Of a DNA stretch of 64,000 nt, positions 12,721 through 25,596 are shown piece after piece. Each line of letters opens with the position of its first letter. Position 1 is the first letter of the stretch. Both the position numbers and the translations under genes were made by a program. The DNA comes from Paraspadella gotoi (lineage: Eukaryota > Animalia > Chaetognatha). Below the pieces are notes generated by a model. That model did not search any database. It worked only from the letters and a program-made list of their open reading frames with translations, and was not told where the DNA came from. Location of the stretch: assembly GCA_051294375.1 (NCBI GenBank), contig CM119264.1, positions 156,594-220,593 of the forward strand, given 5' to 3'.

Positions 12721-13444
12721 ATTCCTCACCTTTTTAACTCCCCTTCGGTCATTAACTCATTTCCTCACTTCCTTTCCCTCCTTTTTTATTTTTCGAAAAA
12801 ATTTTATTGTCGCGATTCTTTATTTCCATTTTTTTAGTGCGCCGCGAGTACTCGCGGAGCAACTCTCGAGACACTTGGGTCGGTCGGTCAGTCGGTTGGT
12901 CGGTCAGTCTGTGTATCTGTCTGCCTTCAACGCGAGAAGGGGGATGTGATAGCTTCCCGAAGTTCCGTGATTGAGTTGCCCCCTCATTTGGATGGAATGC
13001 TTGACTTTGTCTCCCTGATCTCTTTTTTTCTATTTTTCCCTTTTTTTTGTTTTATCGTTAACATATGAACCTTTTGACACCATTCCAGTAATTATTGTTT
13101 TCTATGTTTTCTTTCCAAAAAAAAAACTCAGGTAATAATTTATCAATTTAGTTCATATTTGGTTTTGAAAGTGAGTTAAAATAATTTGATTGGCATATGT
13201 GTATTGTATTAAAAAAATATGAGTAACTGGTAGCGCTATATTTTGTTTTTAAAGATATCATATAAATCATATAAAAAAAATAAAGATTGAATCCCAATGC
13301 AGTATTTTCATAGTAATAGTAGTCACATAATCAACGTGAAAGTCAGTCACTGCCGCGCAACACATCGGAATCACCGTTCTTGTTTTTTTAAAAATTCCTA
13401 TTATATATTTATCTCTTTAATTTGCTTTTTTCAATTTTCTTTAA

Positions 13445-13528
<84 letters not shown>

Positions 13529-13804
13529 AACGAATGAATAATTCATATAAAATATTAACACGAAAACATTAAAACCTTTCGAGTTGAGGTTAGAAATGGC
13601 TAACGGTCTCTCGCTATCGGTTCTCGACTGGAAAAAAGTTTAAGATTTACGCGAAGTTTAATATCCTTTTTAGTCACTGACCACGTAGACCTTACGGTCA
13701 CCAGATCACTCAGTAAATGAGGCCATAATTCTTTATAATGTTGTTTTAGTTTGAACTTTTAACTCATATTTCATATCATATTTAAATATCACTGCTTTTT
13801 TATA

Positions 13805-13858
13805 AGCACAGGACTCTTAAATCCTGGGGTATGGTTCGAAGCCCCACATTGGGCGCCA
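13805..13858 (+). pseudogene. Duplicate of the truncated tRNA-Lys(CTT) copy
   Basis: Same sequence with indels, inside the 10-kb duplication. Confidence 0.8.
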
Positions 13859-13859
13859 C

Positions 13860-14032
13860 TGAAGAAGAAGACGTATATCGCAACGGTAATGTTTATTGAG
13901 GAAAAAGTCCTAGGCCGGAATATATTTAGAAAAACTGGAAGTTAGTAGAGCTCGAGATCGCGGAGACTGGACTAAAAAGGGACGGATCATCGGAGAGGGA
14001 GAGGGAGAGGAGGATGAGGATCGAGGATGACA
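13860..14032 (-). mobile_element. Duplicate of the short LTR-like sequence
   Basis: Homologous to 23947-24121; has a TA-rich TATA-like stretch upstream of AATAAA. Confidence 0.6.
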
Positions 14033-14742
14033 TTAAAAAATTCAGAGAGAAAATATTTACTAAGGTAACAATAAATATATTTTGAATATATTTTTTTAAA
14101 AATTAAAATAACGTGAAATAAGTATTTGATTTTATTAAATTTGTTTTATCTTCAGTATTATTTATTTAGTTATTTATTTATTATGTGGGTACATTTGTAC
14201 ATCGTATACATTCAGAATAAGGGGTGAATTTCTTCTGCCCCACTCGCCGGATTATATATATATATATATATATATATCAGATTTTCGATGGGATTTAATT
14301 GAGAGCTTTCGGGAAAAAACATATTATTTAGACAAAAAGAAATAATTTTATAAATTTAATTGTATCGAGACGTCTTTTTTAAATTTTATAGAGAAAACAA
14401 AGTTAATTTTTGTTTCGGCTCTATTTTTCCGATATTGCACTGGATATCATGATTATTAATAGTAAGAAAAGAAAATGAAATCGCCGACCGAAATCTTTAA
14501 AATTCAATGACTAGAAATTATTTTCTTTCTTTGTTCAAACGCCGGTCACAAAACTTTAATTAATTTGGAAATCTGTTTAGAATTGTTTTGTTGAAAGATG
14601 AAACCAAAGTTGTTTTCTCTCTTTTCTCGCCTTATAAAAATGAACTCCGCTTTGACAATTAGCCAATTCGATTCCATTTGCTTTTTTATCTTTTAATTAT
14701 AATATTTAAATATTGTTTAATTAATTTTAATTAATGAATTAC

Positions 14743-14856
14743 CTTAACTTTGACGAGTCGATTCTGTCCACGATGACGACGGCGATGAAAAGACGATGGA
14801 TCGAGGAGAGCAGAAGTTGCCAGAGACAGGAGTCGTGGAGATTTGTGTCTTTGCCA
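14743..14856 (-). CDS. Duplicate of exon 24867-24978 with two extra bases
   Basis: Same splice sites; 114 vs 112 nt, consistent with indel errors. Confidence 0.55.
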
Positions 14857-14857
14857 C

Positions 14858-14907
<50 letters not shown>

Positions 14908-15014
14908 GAGAGACGGAGTGAGAGGGTTGGAAGAAAGGAGGAGAAAGTGTAAAAAAAGAGATTGAGGAAGAGCGACAGAAAAAAAGAAAGATAGACAGAC
15001 AAAACGATACTATA

Positions 15015-15193
15015 CAGGGAGGTCCAGCTCTAATGGGAATAACTTTCAAGTGCTTAAAGCACAAAAACGGTTTATGATAGAAGAAACAAACGATTATATT
15101 TGGGAAACGAGGCTAAATTTTCTAATTTTCATAGGATATTTTTTTTTACCATCCGATTATTTAACTTAGTCCTCAAAGAACTGGACCTCCCTG
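15015..15193. mobile_element. Tc1/mariner-type MITE
   Basis: TA|CAGGGAGGTCCAG ... CTGGACCTCCCTG|TA: 13-bp perfect TIRs and TA target duplication. Confidence 0.85.
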
Positions 15194-15238
15194 TAGATTA
15201 TTCAATCTTTTCTTAATTATTCTTTTTTAATTACTTAC

Positions 15239-15320
15239 CTAAGAAACATAATAGAATTTCCTGTTACGTTCACCACTCGTAAAAAGCCTTCTTCTCTATA
15301 AATGATTTTCCACGTCAAAT
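15239..15320 (-). CDS. Duplicate of exon 25414-25495 within the 10-kb tandem duplication
   Basis: Same 82-nt sequence and splice sites. Confidence 0.6.
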
Positions 15321-15384
15321 CTGAAAAGGAAAAGTTATTCCGTTTCAATTTCTCTCTTCTCTCTCTCTCTCTTTCTTCTTTCCT

Positions 15385-15419
<35 letters not shown>

Positions 15420-15931
15420 TTGTTTGTTTTTGGATGTCTATGCAGTCGTCTCTCTCTCCTGTCTCCATCTTTTTTCTTTCCTCCTCCCCTCTCTCTATCT
15501 CGCTCTCTCTCCCCCTGCTCCTCTCTTCCCTCTCACTCCTCTCCCTCTCTCTCTCCCTCTCTCTCTCCATCTTGTTTGTTTTGGCGTCTTTCCTGTCATA
15601 TGGCATAATTGAGTGGCGGTCGGATTGAGATTTATGGGTATGATGCGCAGGGGGAGGCGAAGGATAGAAGGGAGTAAGTCGTCAGTGTTTGATGGTAAGA
15701 GTTATTGACCTTTTAGGTTGTTGGTCAGAAAATATAAGTAGTTTTGAAATCAATGCCGAGTTTAATAGCAATATATTATACGTTACTCTGGCAAGTTTTA
15801 GCCAAATAAAAACGTTAGACTTTCTTGGAATATAAAATATATTATTTTTTTTTGAAAGATAATAAATCAAATTTAAATATCGGATTGTATTTTGATATAT
15901 TTTCAAAAAACGCCATATACTTAACCTCAAT

Positions 15932-16283
15932 AATTAACCTAATCTCTAACCCCTAATCCCTAACCTAATCTCTACCTAATCCCTAACCTAATCCCTAACC
16001 GAAATATCTAACCTAATCCCTAGCCTTATCCCTAACCCTAATCTCTAACCTAATCCCTAACCTTAATCCATAACCTAATAATTTAACCGAATCTCTAACC
16101 TAATCTCTAACTAATCCTAATCCTAATCCCTAACCTAATCCTCTAACCTAATCCCTAACCTAATCCCTAACCGAATATCTAACCTAATCCCTAGCCTTAT
16201 CCCTAACCCTAATCTCTAACCTAATCCATAACCTAATATTTAACCGAATCTCTAACCTAATTTCTAACCCTAATTTCTAACCT
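15932..16283. repeat. Degenerate telomere-like (CCTAAT CCCTAA)n array (duplicate at 26111-26457; related tracts at ~30590-30770, 42105-42145 and 63786-64000)
   Basis: 12-bp alternating unit with higher-order repeats. Confidence 0.85.
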
Positions 16284-19176
16284 CAGAAGGTACGAGTCGC
16301 TCTAGTTAGTTTTTACATGATATACAATATTAAGACTAAACATCCAAACAAGCTGTTACAGACGGACCCAAAACTGTTTCTTCAAAAAAACGATTCTGCT
16401 CTTTTTTATGAGAGTGTCCGATTTCTGTTCGTTTATCCTAGAAATTTGATTTTAATACTTAACATAAATATGATTTAAAACTTATAAACCATTATTTAAT
16501 TCTTAACCATAACCCTGAGCTATTGACCTCAAATACTATTATTATTTAACAAATCCTTAATCACTAATTTTAATAATTAATCCAATCCCTTGCCTCAATC
16601 TATCATCTATCATCTACCAATCTTTAATACAAACAATTAAATTAATTTCGAAATAAAGTAAAATAGGGCGTTCTGGAAAATAAAGCCGACTTTTCCGGGG
16701 TAAACAAGAACGTTACTTGCGCAATCTACGAAAATCAGTTTCGCCCCCTTTTCCGCGTTATTCAGATATGACGTTTTCGACTTTCATGTTGTTTGTTGTT
16801 GTCGTTGTTTATGATGTATCTGTTTTAGTTTAACCCATTTTAAGAAATATGACATTTATGTTACTATTAAAAAAACTAAACTAAAAAAACCGGTTATTTT
16901 TCCAATACTCTTTTTCATAAACCTTTTTTTTGGACAGCCCTGTATTTGCGTTTATTGATTATTTTATTCGTTTCGTAGAATATTTTATTTCTCCCATTTC
17001 AATATCTCTCTCTCTCTCTCTCTCTCTGCTTTCTCTCTTTCTCTCTTTTCTCTCTCTCTCTTTCTTTTCTTTCTTTCTTTCTCTCTCTCTCTCTCTTCTA
17101 TTTTTTTTTCCAGATGCTTTTGTTGTAGTCGAATTCACTGGATAATTTTTCAACAGAAATTTAGAATTTGTTATTCGTTTTTTTAAGTTATAAATGTTTT
17201 ATCTTTTAATAATTACTTTCCGCTCTACAATGTGCCCATGTCAGATAGAGAGCTTTAGTGAAACGTCTAACGTCTTAAGCTTGCGTTGATAAAGTCAGTC
17301 CCCGCTGCACATTTGATAAAACAGGCAGCCAATGGGCAAGTGGTTAAGAGAATTAATTAATTAATTAATTAATTAATTAATTAATTAATTAATTAATTAG
17401 TTAAAATTCACATGAAAATTTTACTGGAAAATAAAGATGACGAAGAATTTAAATATTTAATGCTTAATGCACCTTCATGATTTATTTATTTAATGTTCGG
17501 AAGATTATAGCTTTATTTTTGTGATAAATTTTTCGCGGAATATTCGGTAATTTAAAAGCGCAAAAACTTGCTATGTACAATATGTGTAAAAGCGCTAAAT
17601 TGGTTATACGCAACTTGTTTAAGCCCCTCACGCTTCCACAGGGTAGTTACCATTGGAGATCGATCCTGATACCTGATGGTCATGAGCTGATGCATTAATC
17701 AATGAGCCAATGGATCACGACTGAAGATATCATGATTATAGGCATTGTGAACTTAATAGCAATGCCCGACTAACAAATATAAGGGTTAGGGTTATGGATT
17801 GATTATCAGGAATTCGTAGAGTATTAATTTTTAGGATTAACGTCAGAGATTAATTAGGCTAAAAGATTATTTTGAGGCTTTGCTTAATAGATTTGCTTAA
17901 TAGATTTGGTTATGAATTAGGGCTAATTAAAGATAAGCGATGTTACTCTTTCATGAAATAATTCTCCCATTGCCTCCATTAGATCAAACAATCCACTCCA
18001 CTGATCACTCCACTAACCCCTTATAAACTCCTTCAACCCTCTCTTGATCAAGTGGAACGTAAACTAAAAAAATAAAAACCTCAGCTGTTGTTTATGTTTC
18101 TCAATAAAAAAACCTCGAGTTTTTTTTTCAAAACGCGAAGTAAAAAAAAGGAGTTTTTACGATGGCACCATAATTCTTTGCACCATAGAATAAAGAAAAA
18201 AGAAACTTTTTTTTCTTTTCTGAGAAATAAAAAGAACAAGGTAGGTTATATATGATTGTTGCGCCTAATGACTTTTATTTATTTGTATACGCATTACGAC
18301 ATAAAATTATTATTTCATTTAATAAATAAGCTATATTGTCCCCTGTTTCCTGTTTATATCATAGTCTTTTTTTTTTCGAAAAACCAAACAAACTATTTAC
18401 AAAATGAATTGAATATCTCATAAAAATTTAATTACATTAAATTTTTGGTCATTTAATTATATTTTAGTGATTCATGTGGACTGGAATCATATATGAAAAG
18501 GATGTGTATTAAATATCTCACTATACTTCAACCTTTTTTTCTAAAATTTTATTTAAAATGCATTATATATTATCTAAATTATAAATGACTTTAAAACGTT
18601 TAATTAAGGCAGACAAAGACAAATTGAGGGACACGAACCGACCAAAAAACTCTGCGAGCAGAGATCTTCGCCGGCGCAAGTTGAAAGATAATTCCCGGCG
18701 TGAAAATGACGCGAGGTTCGTAAAGTCAACTTGTGAAGTGAAAGAGAGGAAATATATCGGCAAAAGACCGGAATTAATAGACGACCGAGAAAATAGCGCC
18801 GAATAAAAAATAAATGGAAAGATAGTAGTTCGTTCCTCAGACAAAAAATATAAAAATCAAAATGACAGACCCGCACTGTCATTGTGCTGCTAATAAGGAC
18901 ACGCAATGGTCAATAACTGCTGCTAATAAAGAACCCCACACTGTCAAACTGCTGCTAAATAAAAAAAACCGCTCTGTCAAACTGCAGCAAAGAGGACCCG
19001 TACTGTTCAATTGAAATTATTAATATAAATATCAATACTTGGAAGATGTTGAAGCACAAAAATATAAATTACTGAATCAAAGACGGGAAAGCGGGAGTCA
19101 TGTTTGGAGAACCAGCCATGAGGCCATGAAGAGAGAGAGAGAGAGAGAGAGAGACGAGATAGAGAGAGAGAGAGAG

Positions 19177-19207
<31 letters not shown>

Positions 19208-21402
19208 TTCTATCCTTAAAGACAAATGAGTCAGTCTTAATTTGGGATTTCACGAATTCAATTTGGGTAGTTTGAAGCCATTTACAGCTCAATACTCAAT
19301 GTAAATTAATGTAAATTAATGTAAATTATGTAGAATTAAACTAATAGACTGCGCCAAGTGTAAAAACATTTAAGACTGAAAGAGTCAAAGAGAGATAGAT
19401 ATCTCTTGCGGTCTTTCTTGACTATTTTCTTCAGTTTCTTCCCACCAATGTTTCCTTTACACTTTTTAATGTTTTTTCTCGCCCTCAATTTTTCCCCTTC
19501 AGCGAAAAAAGTAATTTTTTGCGAAAAAAAATATTGCCGTAACTTCTATCCTCATGCTTTTTCGGTCCCATTTGCCTTTTTTGTCTTCATTGCTTTTTTC
19601 CCTACAATTGCTTTTCTGACTTCATTGCTTTCTTCCTCTCATGCTTTTTCTGTCTTCAATTTGCTTTTTCTGCCCTCATGCTTTTCTGTCTTCATCGCTT
19701 TTTCTGTCCCAATTGCTTTTCTGTCTTCATATGTTTTTCTGCCTTCATTGCCTTCTGACTTCATTGCTTTTTCTCTCTCTCAATTGCTTTTCTGTCTTCA
19801 TTGGCTTGTCTCTGGGTCCTCAATTGCTTTTCTGTCTTTCATTTACTTTTTCATCTCTCTCTTTTTTTTTTTTTCTTCTTTTTCTTTTCTTTTTCTTTTT
19901 CTTTTTCGTCCCCCAAAATCGAAAAAGCGTTTCTACAGATTTTCGATTTGTTTTGCTCATGTTTCATTAAATATTCGTTTGTTTTTATTCTTGTTTTTAT
20001 ACTTTACTTTTAATTTTTGAATAAGTTATTTCTGTTTAACATATTTTACCGTTTACTCTTTCTTTTTTCCACCTTTGCTTTTTTTCAGATTTGTTTTGCT
20101 CTTTCATCCCTTTGATATTTCCTTCTCCTTTTTCTTATTACGCATTTCTGCTCTGACCAATTGCTTCATTCCTCATTACCCAAAGCAATTACGTTTCAAA
20201 ACCCCGTTATTCTTTAATCTTTGCTTTTTTTTCTTTACCGCTTTTGAAATCATTGCTTTATGATTGCTTTCATGTTTCATACCTTTTATCTTTGTTAGCT
20301 TTGGTAATTGAGCTTAATGAAAAAAACAAATTACTGTCTTCTTAACTATTCTTTTCCTTCTTGTTATATTCTTACAGTTTAATTTATAAATAAATAGCGA
20401 TTCCATTACTGTTTCCATTTCTGTTTCCATTACTGTTTCTATTACTGTTTCTATTACTGTTTCCGTTACTTTTTCCATTATTTCTTCCATTATCGTTTTC
20501 TCGGTTCAGCAAATCCACTTCTCATAGAAAAATCAATTTACTTGGTTAATCGTCCCTTTTGTTGCTCCACTTTGCGTCATTTCGCCATTTGGGACGACAT
20601 CATTTTACAAGTCAGCGCTACATAATTTTGTCAGTTGGTGCTACATCAGCTTGCCCGTCGGCGCAACATCATTTTGCCAGTAGGTGCTACATCATTTTGC
20701 CAGTTGGTACTGCATCATTTTTTCAGTCGGCGCTACATCATTTTGCCCGTCAAAAATACATCATTTTACCAACCGGTGCTACATTATTTTGCCATTCGGT
20801 TCTAAGTCATTTTGACAGTTTATGCTACATAATTTTGCCTGTCTACCTTTATCATTTTGCCAGTTTTTGTGACCTGGGAAGATGGGTATCTAGCTAAAGG
20901 TAGGTACTAACTAGTCTCTCATCAGGGAAAAGAGGTAAGTAGGGTAAGTATGTAATGGTAATAGGGAAAACAGATATAACAAAGGGTATCAAGGGTCCAT
21001 AAAAGGGAGAGAAGGGAGAGGGAAGGTTTGCAGACCCCGAGACCGAGAGGAAGAAGTTGAGAGAGTGAGTCCGATCTCCAAGACTTTATCCGTGACTCGG
21101 GGATGAAGAGGAGGGGACGGCGGAGGGAGAGGAGGGCGTTGAGAGGGGGAAGAGAAGGCCCGGGGGAGAGAGGTTCTGGCGGTTAGGGTGAGCCTCTATC
21201 TTGGTGACATCATTTTTCATTCACGCTCATCATTTTTGCCAGTCAGCGCTACAATCATTTTGCCAGTCAGCGCTACATCATTTTGCAAGTTTGTTGCTAC
21301 ATGATTTTGCCGAGACTCAATTTCGTAGCTTCGCTTGACATCTATGATGAAAGATCACGAAAAAAAACCATAGCTTCGCTTGGATTCACTCGCTCTCTCT
21401 CC

Positions 21403-21471
<69 letters not shown>

Positions 21472-21587
21472 GCACGCAATCCATGAACCGTCTTTCTCCC
21501 TTTTCATTAATTCTCTCCCGATATCACATCATTTTCGGGTGTTTGGTTTTGGAACAATATTCCGACTCATATTGGACTCATATCTAT

Positions 21588-21671
<84 letters not shown>

Positions 21672-22920
21672 GCTTCTCTCTCTCTCTTGCGGTCCTGAGA
21701 GTCGTCGATCCACGAACGATTAAACGCGGGGAATACTGTACACGGTGTTTGGGGGGAAAGAAGAATATTTTTAGTTAATTTTTTTGAATGCATTTAGAAT
21801 AGTATAAAATCTAAAGAACAACAAAAGCATTAATTAAAACATTTTTGAGAAAATATATTTTAAATTATAATAAAAGAATTAACATTGATAACAATCTTAA
21901 TTCCACAGTTATTTGAAGTCAATTTTAATTTAGCTGGATTTTTTTATCAATGAAAAAGTTATTTTGATAAATTCTAATTTATGAAAAAAAAATTCCTTCT
22001 ATCAGTAAGTCAGTGAGTAACATCTTATAAAATATTAATATTAAACTAAACTAAATAGTTTCCTTTCCAAAGCAATAACCCTGTACCCTTTTTTACCCCG
22101 AGTCTTTAAAGGATGGGAAATTAACTGAGTTTTTCTCTTGGATCGATTCGTCCAATAACTCAAAAAAAAAAGAAAAAAAAAGAAAGAGCAGTCGTATTCC
22201 CGGCGGCCGCACGCAATTTTAACTTACCCATTGTTTCGCTTTACTCGTCCTTACTTTTCCTTACTTTTATTTAACTCCTTTCGTCTTAATATACGAGATT
22301 CAGTTTTGCTTCTACTTGTCATATTTCCCTTTTTTTCACCTCATTACACACCATAACCTTCTCATTTTAACGCCCTATTTTTCAACTTCATACCTCCCCT
22401 TAAATTATAACTTCATACCTTCCCTCATTCATTCTCTTTTAACTTGATACAGTCCCTTGTTTTTAAACTTCTTACCTCTCCTTACCCTTAAGCTTTTAAC
22501 TTCATACCTTCCCACATCTCTTCTCCTTCAACTTCATACTTTCCTCCTCTTTTATCTCGATACCTTCCCCTCTCCTTTCTCCTTCATTCCTTTCTCTACT
22601 CCATTCACTTTTAACTTCATACCTTCCCCTGCTCCTTCTAATTATACTTTATATCTTCCCCTGCTCCTTCTAATTATACTTCATACCTTCCCCTGCTCCT
22701 TCTAATTCTACTTCATACCTTCCACTGCTCCTTTTAATTCTTCCTCATACCTTCCCCTGTTCCTTCTAATACTACCTAACTTCCTTCTTCTCCCACTTCA
22801 TACCTTCTTTCATTCCTCACCTTTTAACTCACCCTTCGGTCATTAACTCATTTCCTCACTTCCTTTCCCTCCTTTTTTATTTTCGAAAAAATTTTATTGT
22901 CGCGATTCTTTATTTCCATT

Positions 22921-23100
22921 TTTTTAGTTGCGCCGCGAGTACTCGCGGAGCAACTCTGCGAGACACTTGGGGGTCGGTCGGTCAGTCGGTTGGTCGGTCA
23001 GTCTGTGTATCTGTCTGCCTTCAGCGCGAGAAGGGGGATCTGATAGCTTCCCGAAGTCCCGTGATTGAGTTGCCTCCTCATTTGGATGGAATTGCTTGAC
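22921..23100 (+). mobile_element. HINE-like element, family B (also at 1402-1470 and 12832-13005)
   Basis: T-run, AGTTGC..GCAACT stem enclosing the palindrome CGCGAGTACTCGCG, then (GGTC)n. Three copies in the window, two of them from the duplication. Confidence 0.55.
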
Positions 23101-23542
23101 TTTGTCCCCTGATCTCTTTTTTTCTATTTTCCCTTTTTGTTTGTATTTATCGTTAACATATGAACCTTTTGACACCATTCCAGTAATTATTTGTTTTCTA
23201 TGTTTTCTTTCCAAAAAAAAAAAACTCAGGTAATAATTTATCAATTTAGTTCATATTTGGTTTGAAAGTGAGTTAAAATAATTTGATTGGCATATGTGTA
23301 TTGTATTAAAAAAATATGAGTAACTGGTAGCGCTATATTTTGTTTTTAAAGATATCATATAAATCATATAAAAAAAATAAAAGATTGAATCCCAATGCAG
23401 TATGTTTCATAGTAATAGTAGTCACATAATCACACTGAAAGTCAGTCACTGCCGCGCAACACATCGGAATCACCGTTCTTGTTTTTTTAAAATTCCTATT
23501 TAATATTTATCTCTTTAATTTGCTTTTTTCAATTTTCTTTAA

Positions 23543-23611
<69 letters not shown>

Positions 23612-23891
23612 AGGTGAACGAATGAATAATTCATATAAAATATTAACACGAAAACATTAAAACCTTTCGAGTTGAGGTTAGAAATGGCTAACGGTCTCTC
23701 GCTATCGGTTCTCGACTGGAAAAAGTTTAAGATTTACGCGAAGTTTAATATCCTTTTTTAGTCACATGACCACGTAGACCTACGGTCACCAGATCACTCA
23801 GTAAATGAGGCATAATTCTTATAATGTTGTTTTAGTTGAAACTTTTAACATCATATTTCATATCATATTTAAATATCACTGCTTTTTTATA

Positions 23892-23945
23892 AGCACAGGA
23901 CTCTTAATCCTGGGGTCATGGGTTCGAGCCCCACATTGGGCGCCA
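23892..23945 (+). pseudogene. 5'-truncated copy of mature tRNA-Lys(CTT), positions ~23-76 including CCA
   Basis: AGCA CAGGA CTCTTAA TCCTG GGGTC ATGGG TTCGAGC CCCAC ATTGGGC G CCA: paired anticodon stem, CTT anticodon and T-loop; no 5' acceptor strand or A box. Confidence 0.9.
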
Positions 23946-23946
23946 C

Positions 23947-24121
23947 TGAAGAAGAAGACGTATATCGCAACGGTAATGTTTATTGAGGAAAAGTCCCTAG
24001 CCGGAATAATGTTAGAAAAGACTGGAAGTTAGTAGAACTCGAGGCTCGCAGAGACTGGACTAAAAAGGGACGGATCATCGGGAGAGGGAGGGGAAGAGGA
24101 GGATGAGGATCGAGGATGACA
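23947..24121 (-). mobile_element. Short LTR-like sequence (175 bp) followed by an extended tRNA-Lys PBS
   Basis: Minus strand reads TGTCATCC...AATAAA...CTTCTTCA-g-TGGCGCCCAA, the standard LTR-end/PBS junction. Confidence 0.65.
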
Positions 24122-24337
24122 TTAAAAAACTTCAGAGAGAAATATTTTACTAAGGTAACAATAAATATATTTTGAATATATTTTTTTTAAAAATTAAAAT
24201 AACGTGAAATAAAGTATTTGATTTGATAAATTTGTTTTATCTTCAGTATTATTTATTTAGTTATTTACTTATTATGTGGGTACATTTGTACATCGTATAC
24301 ATTCAGATAAGGGGTGAATTTCTTCTGCCCCACTCGC

Positions 24338-24399
<62 letters not shown>

Positions 24400-24866
24400 G
24401 ATTTTCGATGGGATTTAATTGAGAGCTTTCGGGAAAAACATATTATTTAGACAAAATTAAATAATTTTATAAATTTAATTGTATCGAGACGTCTTTTTAA
24501 ATTTTATAGAGAAAACAAAGTTAATTTTGTTTCGGCTCTATTTTCCGATATTGCACTGGAGATCATGATTATTAATAGTAAGAAAGAAAATGAAATCGCC
24601 GACCGAAATCTTTAAAAATTTCAATGACTAAGAAATTATTTTCTTTTCTTTGTTCAAACGCCGGTCACAAAAACTTTAATTAATTTGGAAATCTGTTTAG
24701 AATTGTTTTGTTGAAAGATGTAAACCAAAGTTGTTTTCTCTCTTTCTCTCGCCTTATAAAAATGAACTCCGCTTTGTACAATTAGCCAATTCGATTCCAT
24801 TTGCTTGTTTTATCTTTTAATTATAATATTTAAATATTGTTTTAATTAATTTTAATTAATGATTAC

Positions 24867-24978
24867 CTTAACTTTGACGAGTCGATTCTGTCCACGATGA
24901 CGACGGCGATGAAAAGACGATGGATCGAGGAGAGCAGAAGTTGCCAGAGACAGAGTCGTGGAGATTGTGTCTTTGCCA
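24867..24978 (-). CDS. IgSF exon, Ig3 middle ([37 protein letters not shown])
   Basis: 112 nt, phase 2/0; acceptor (ct)n-cacag, donor AAG|gtaatc. Confidence 0.75.
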
Positions 24979-24979
24979 C

Positions 24980-25083
<104 letters not shown>

Positions 25084-25186
25084 GGAGTGAGAGGGTTGGG
25101 AAGAAAGGGAGGAGAAAGTGTAAAAAAAGAGATTGAGGAAGAGCGACAGAAAAAAAGAAAGATAGACAGACAAAAACGATACTATA

Positions 25187-25367
25187 CAGGGAGGTCCAGC
25201 TCTAATGGGAATAACTTCAAGTGCTTAAAGCACAAAAACGGTTTATGATAGAAGAAACAAACGATTATATTTGGAAACGAGGCTAAATTTTCTAATTTTC
25301 ATAGGATTATTTTTTTTTTACCCATCCGATTATTTAAACTTAGTCCTCAAAGAACTGGACCTCCCTG
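25187..25367. mobile_element. Tc1/mariner-type MITE (duplicate copy)
   Basis: Same TIRs and TA flanks. Confidence 0.85.
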
Positions 25368-25413
25368 TAGATTATTCAATCTTTTCTTAATTATTCTTTT
25401 TTTAATTACTTAC

Positions 25414-25495
25414 CTAAGAAACATAATAGAATTTCCTGTTACGTTCACCACTCGTAAAAAGCCTTCTTCTCTATAAATGATTTTCCACGTCAAAT
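25414..25495 (-). CDS. IgSF exon, Ig3 W strand (DLTWKIIYREEGFLRVVNVTGNSIMFL)
   Basis: 82 nt, phase 1/2; acceptor ttttccttttcag, donor AG|gtaagt; G+AT gives Asp, yielding GNPMVQARDLTW. Confidence 0.85.
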
Positions 25496-25554
25496 CTGAA
25501 AAGGAAAAGTTATTCCGTTTCAATTTCTCTCTTCTCTCTCTCTCTCTTTTCTTC

Positions 25555-25596
<42 letters not shown>

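Noticed and set aside
23892-23945. Functional tRNA-Lys gene
   Set aside because: The 5' acceptor strand and D-loop/A box are missing, and CCA is encoded.
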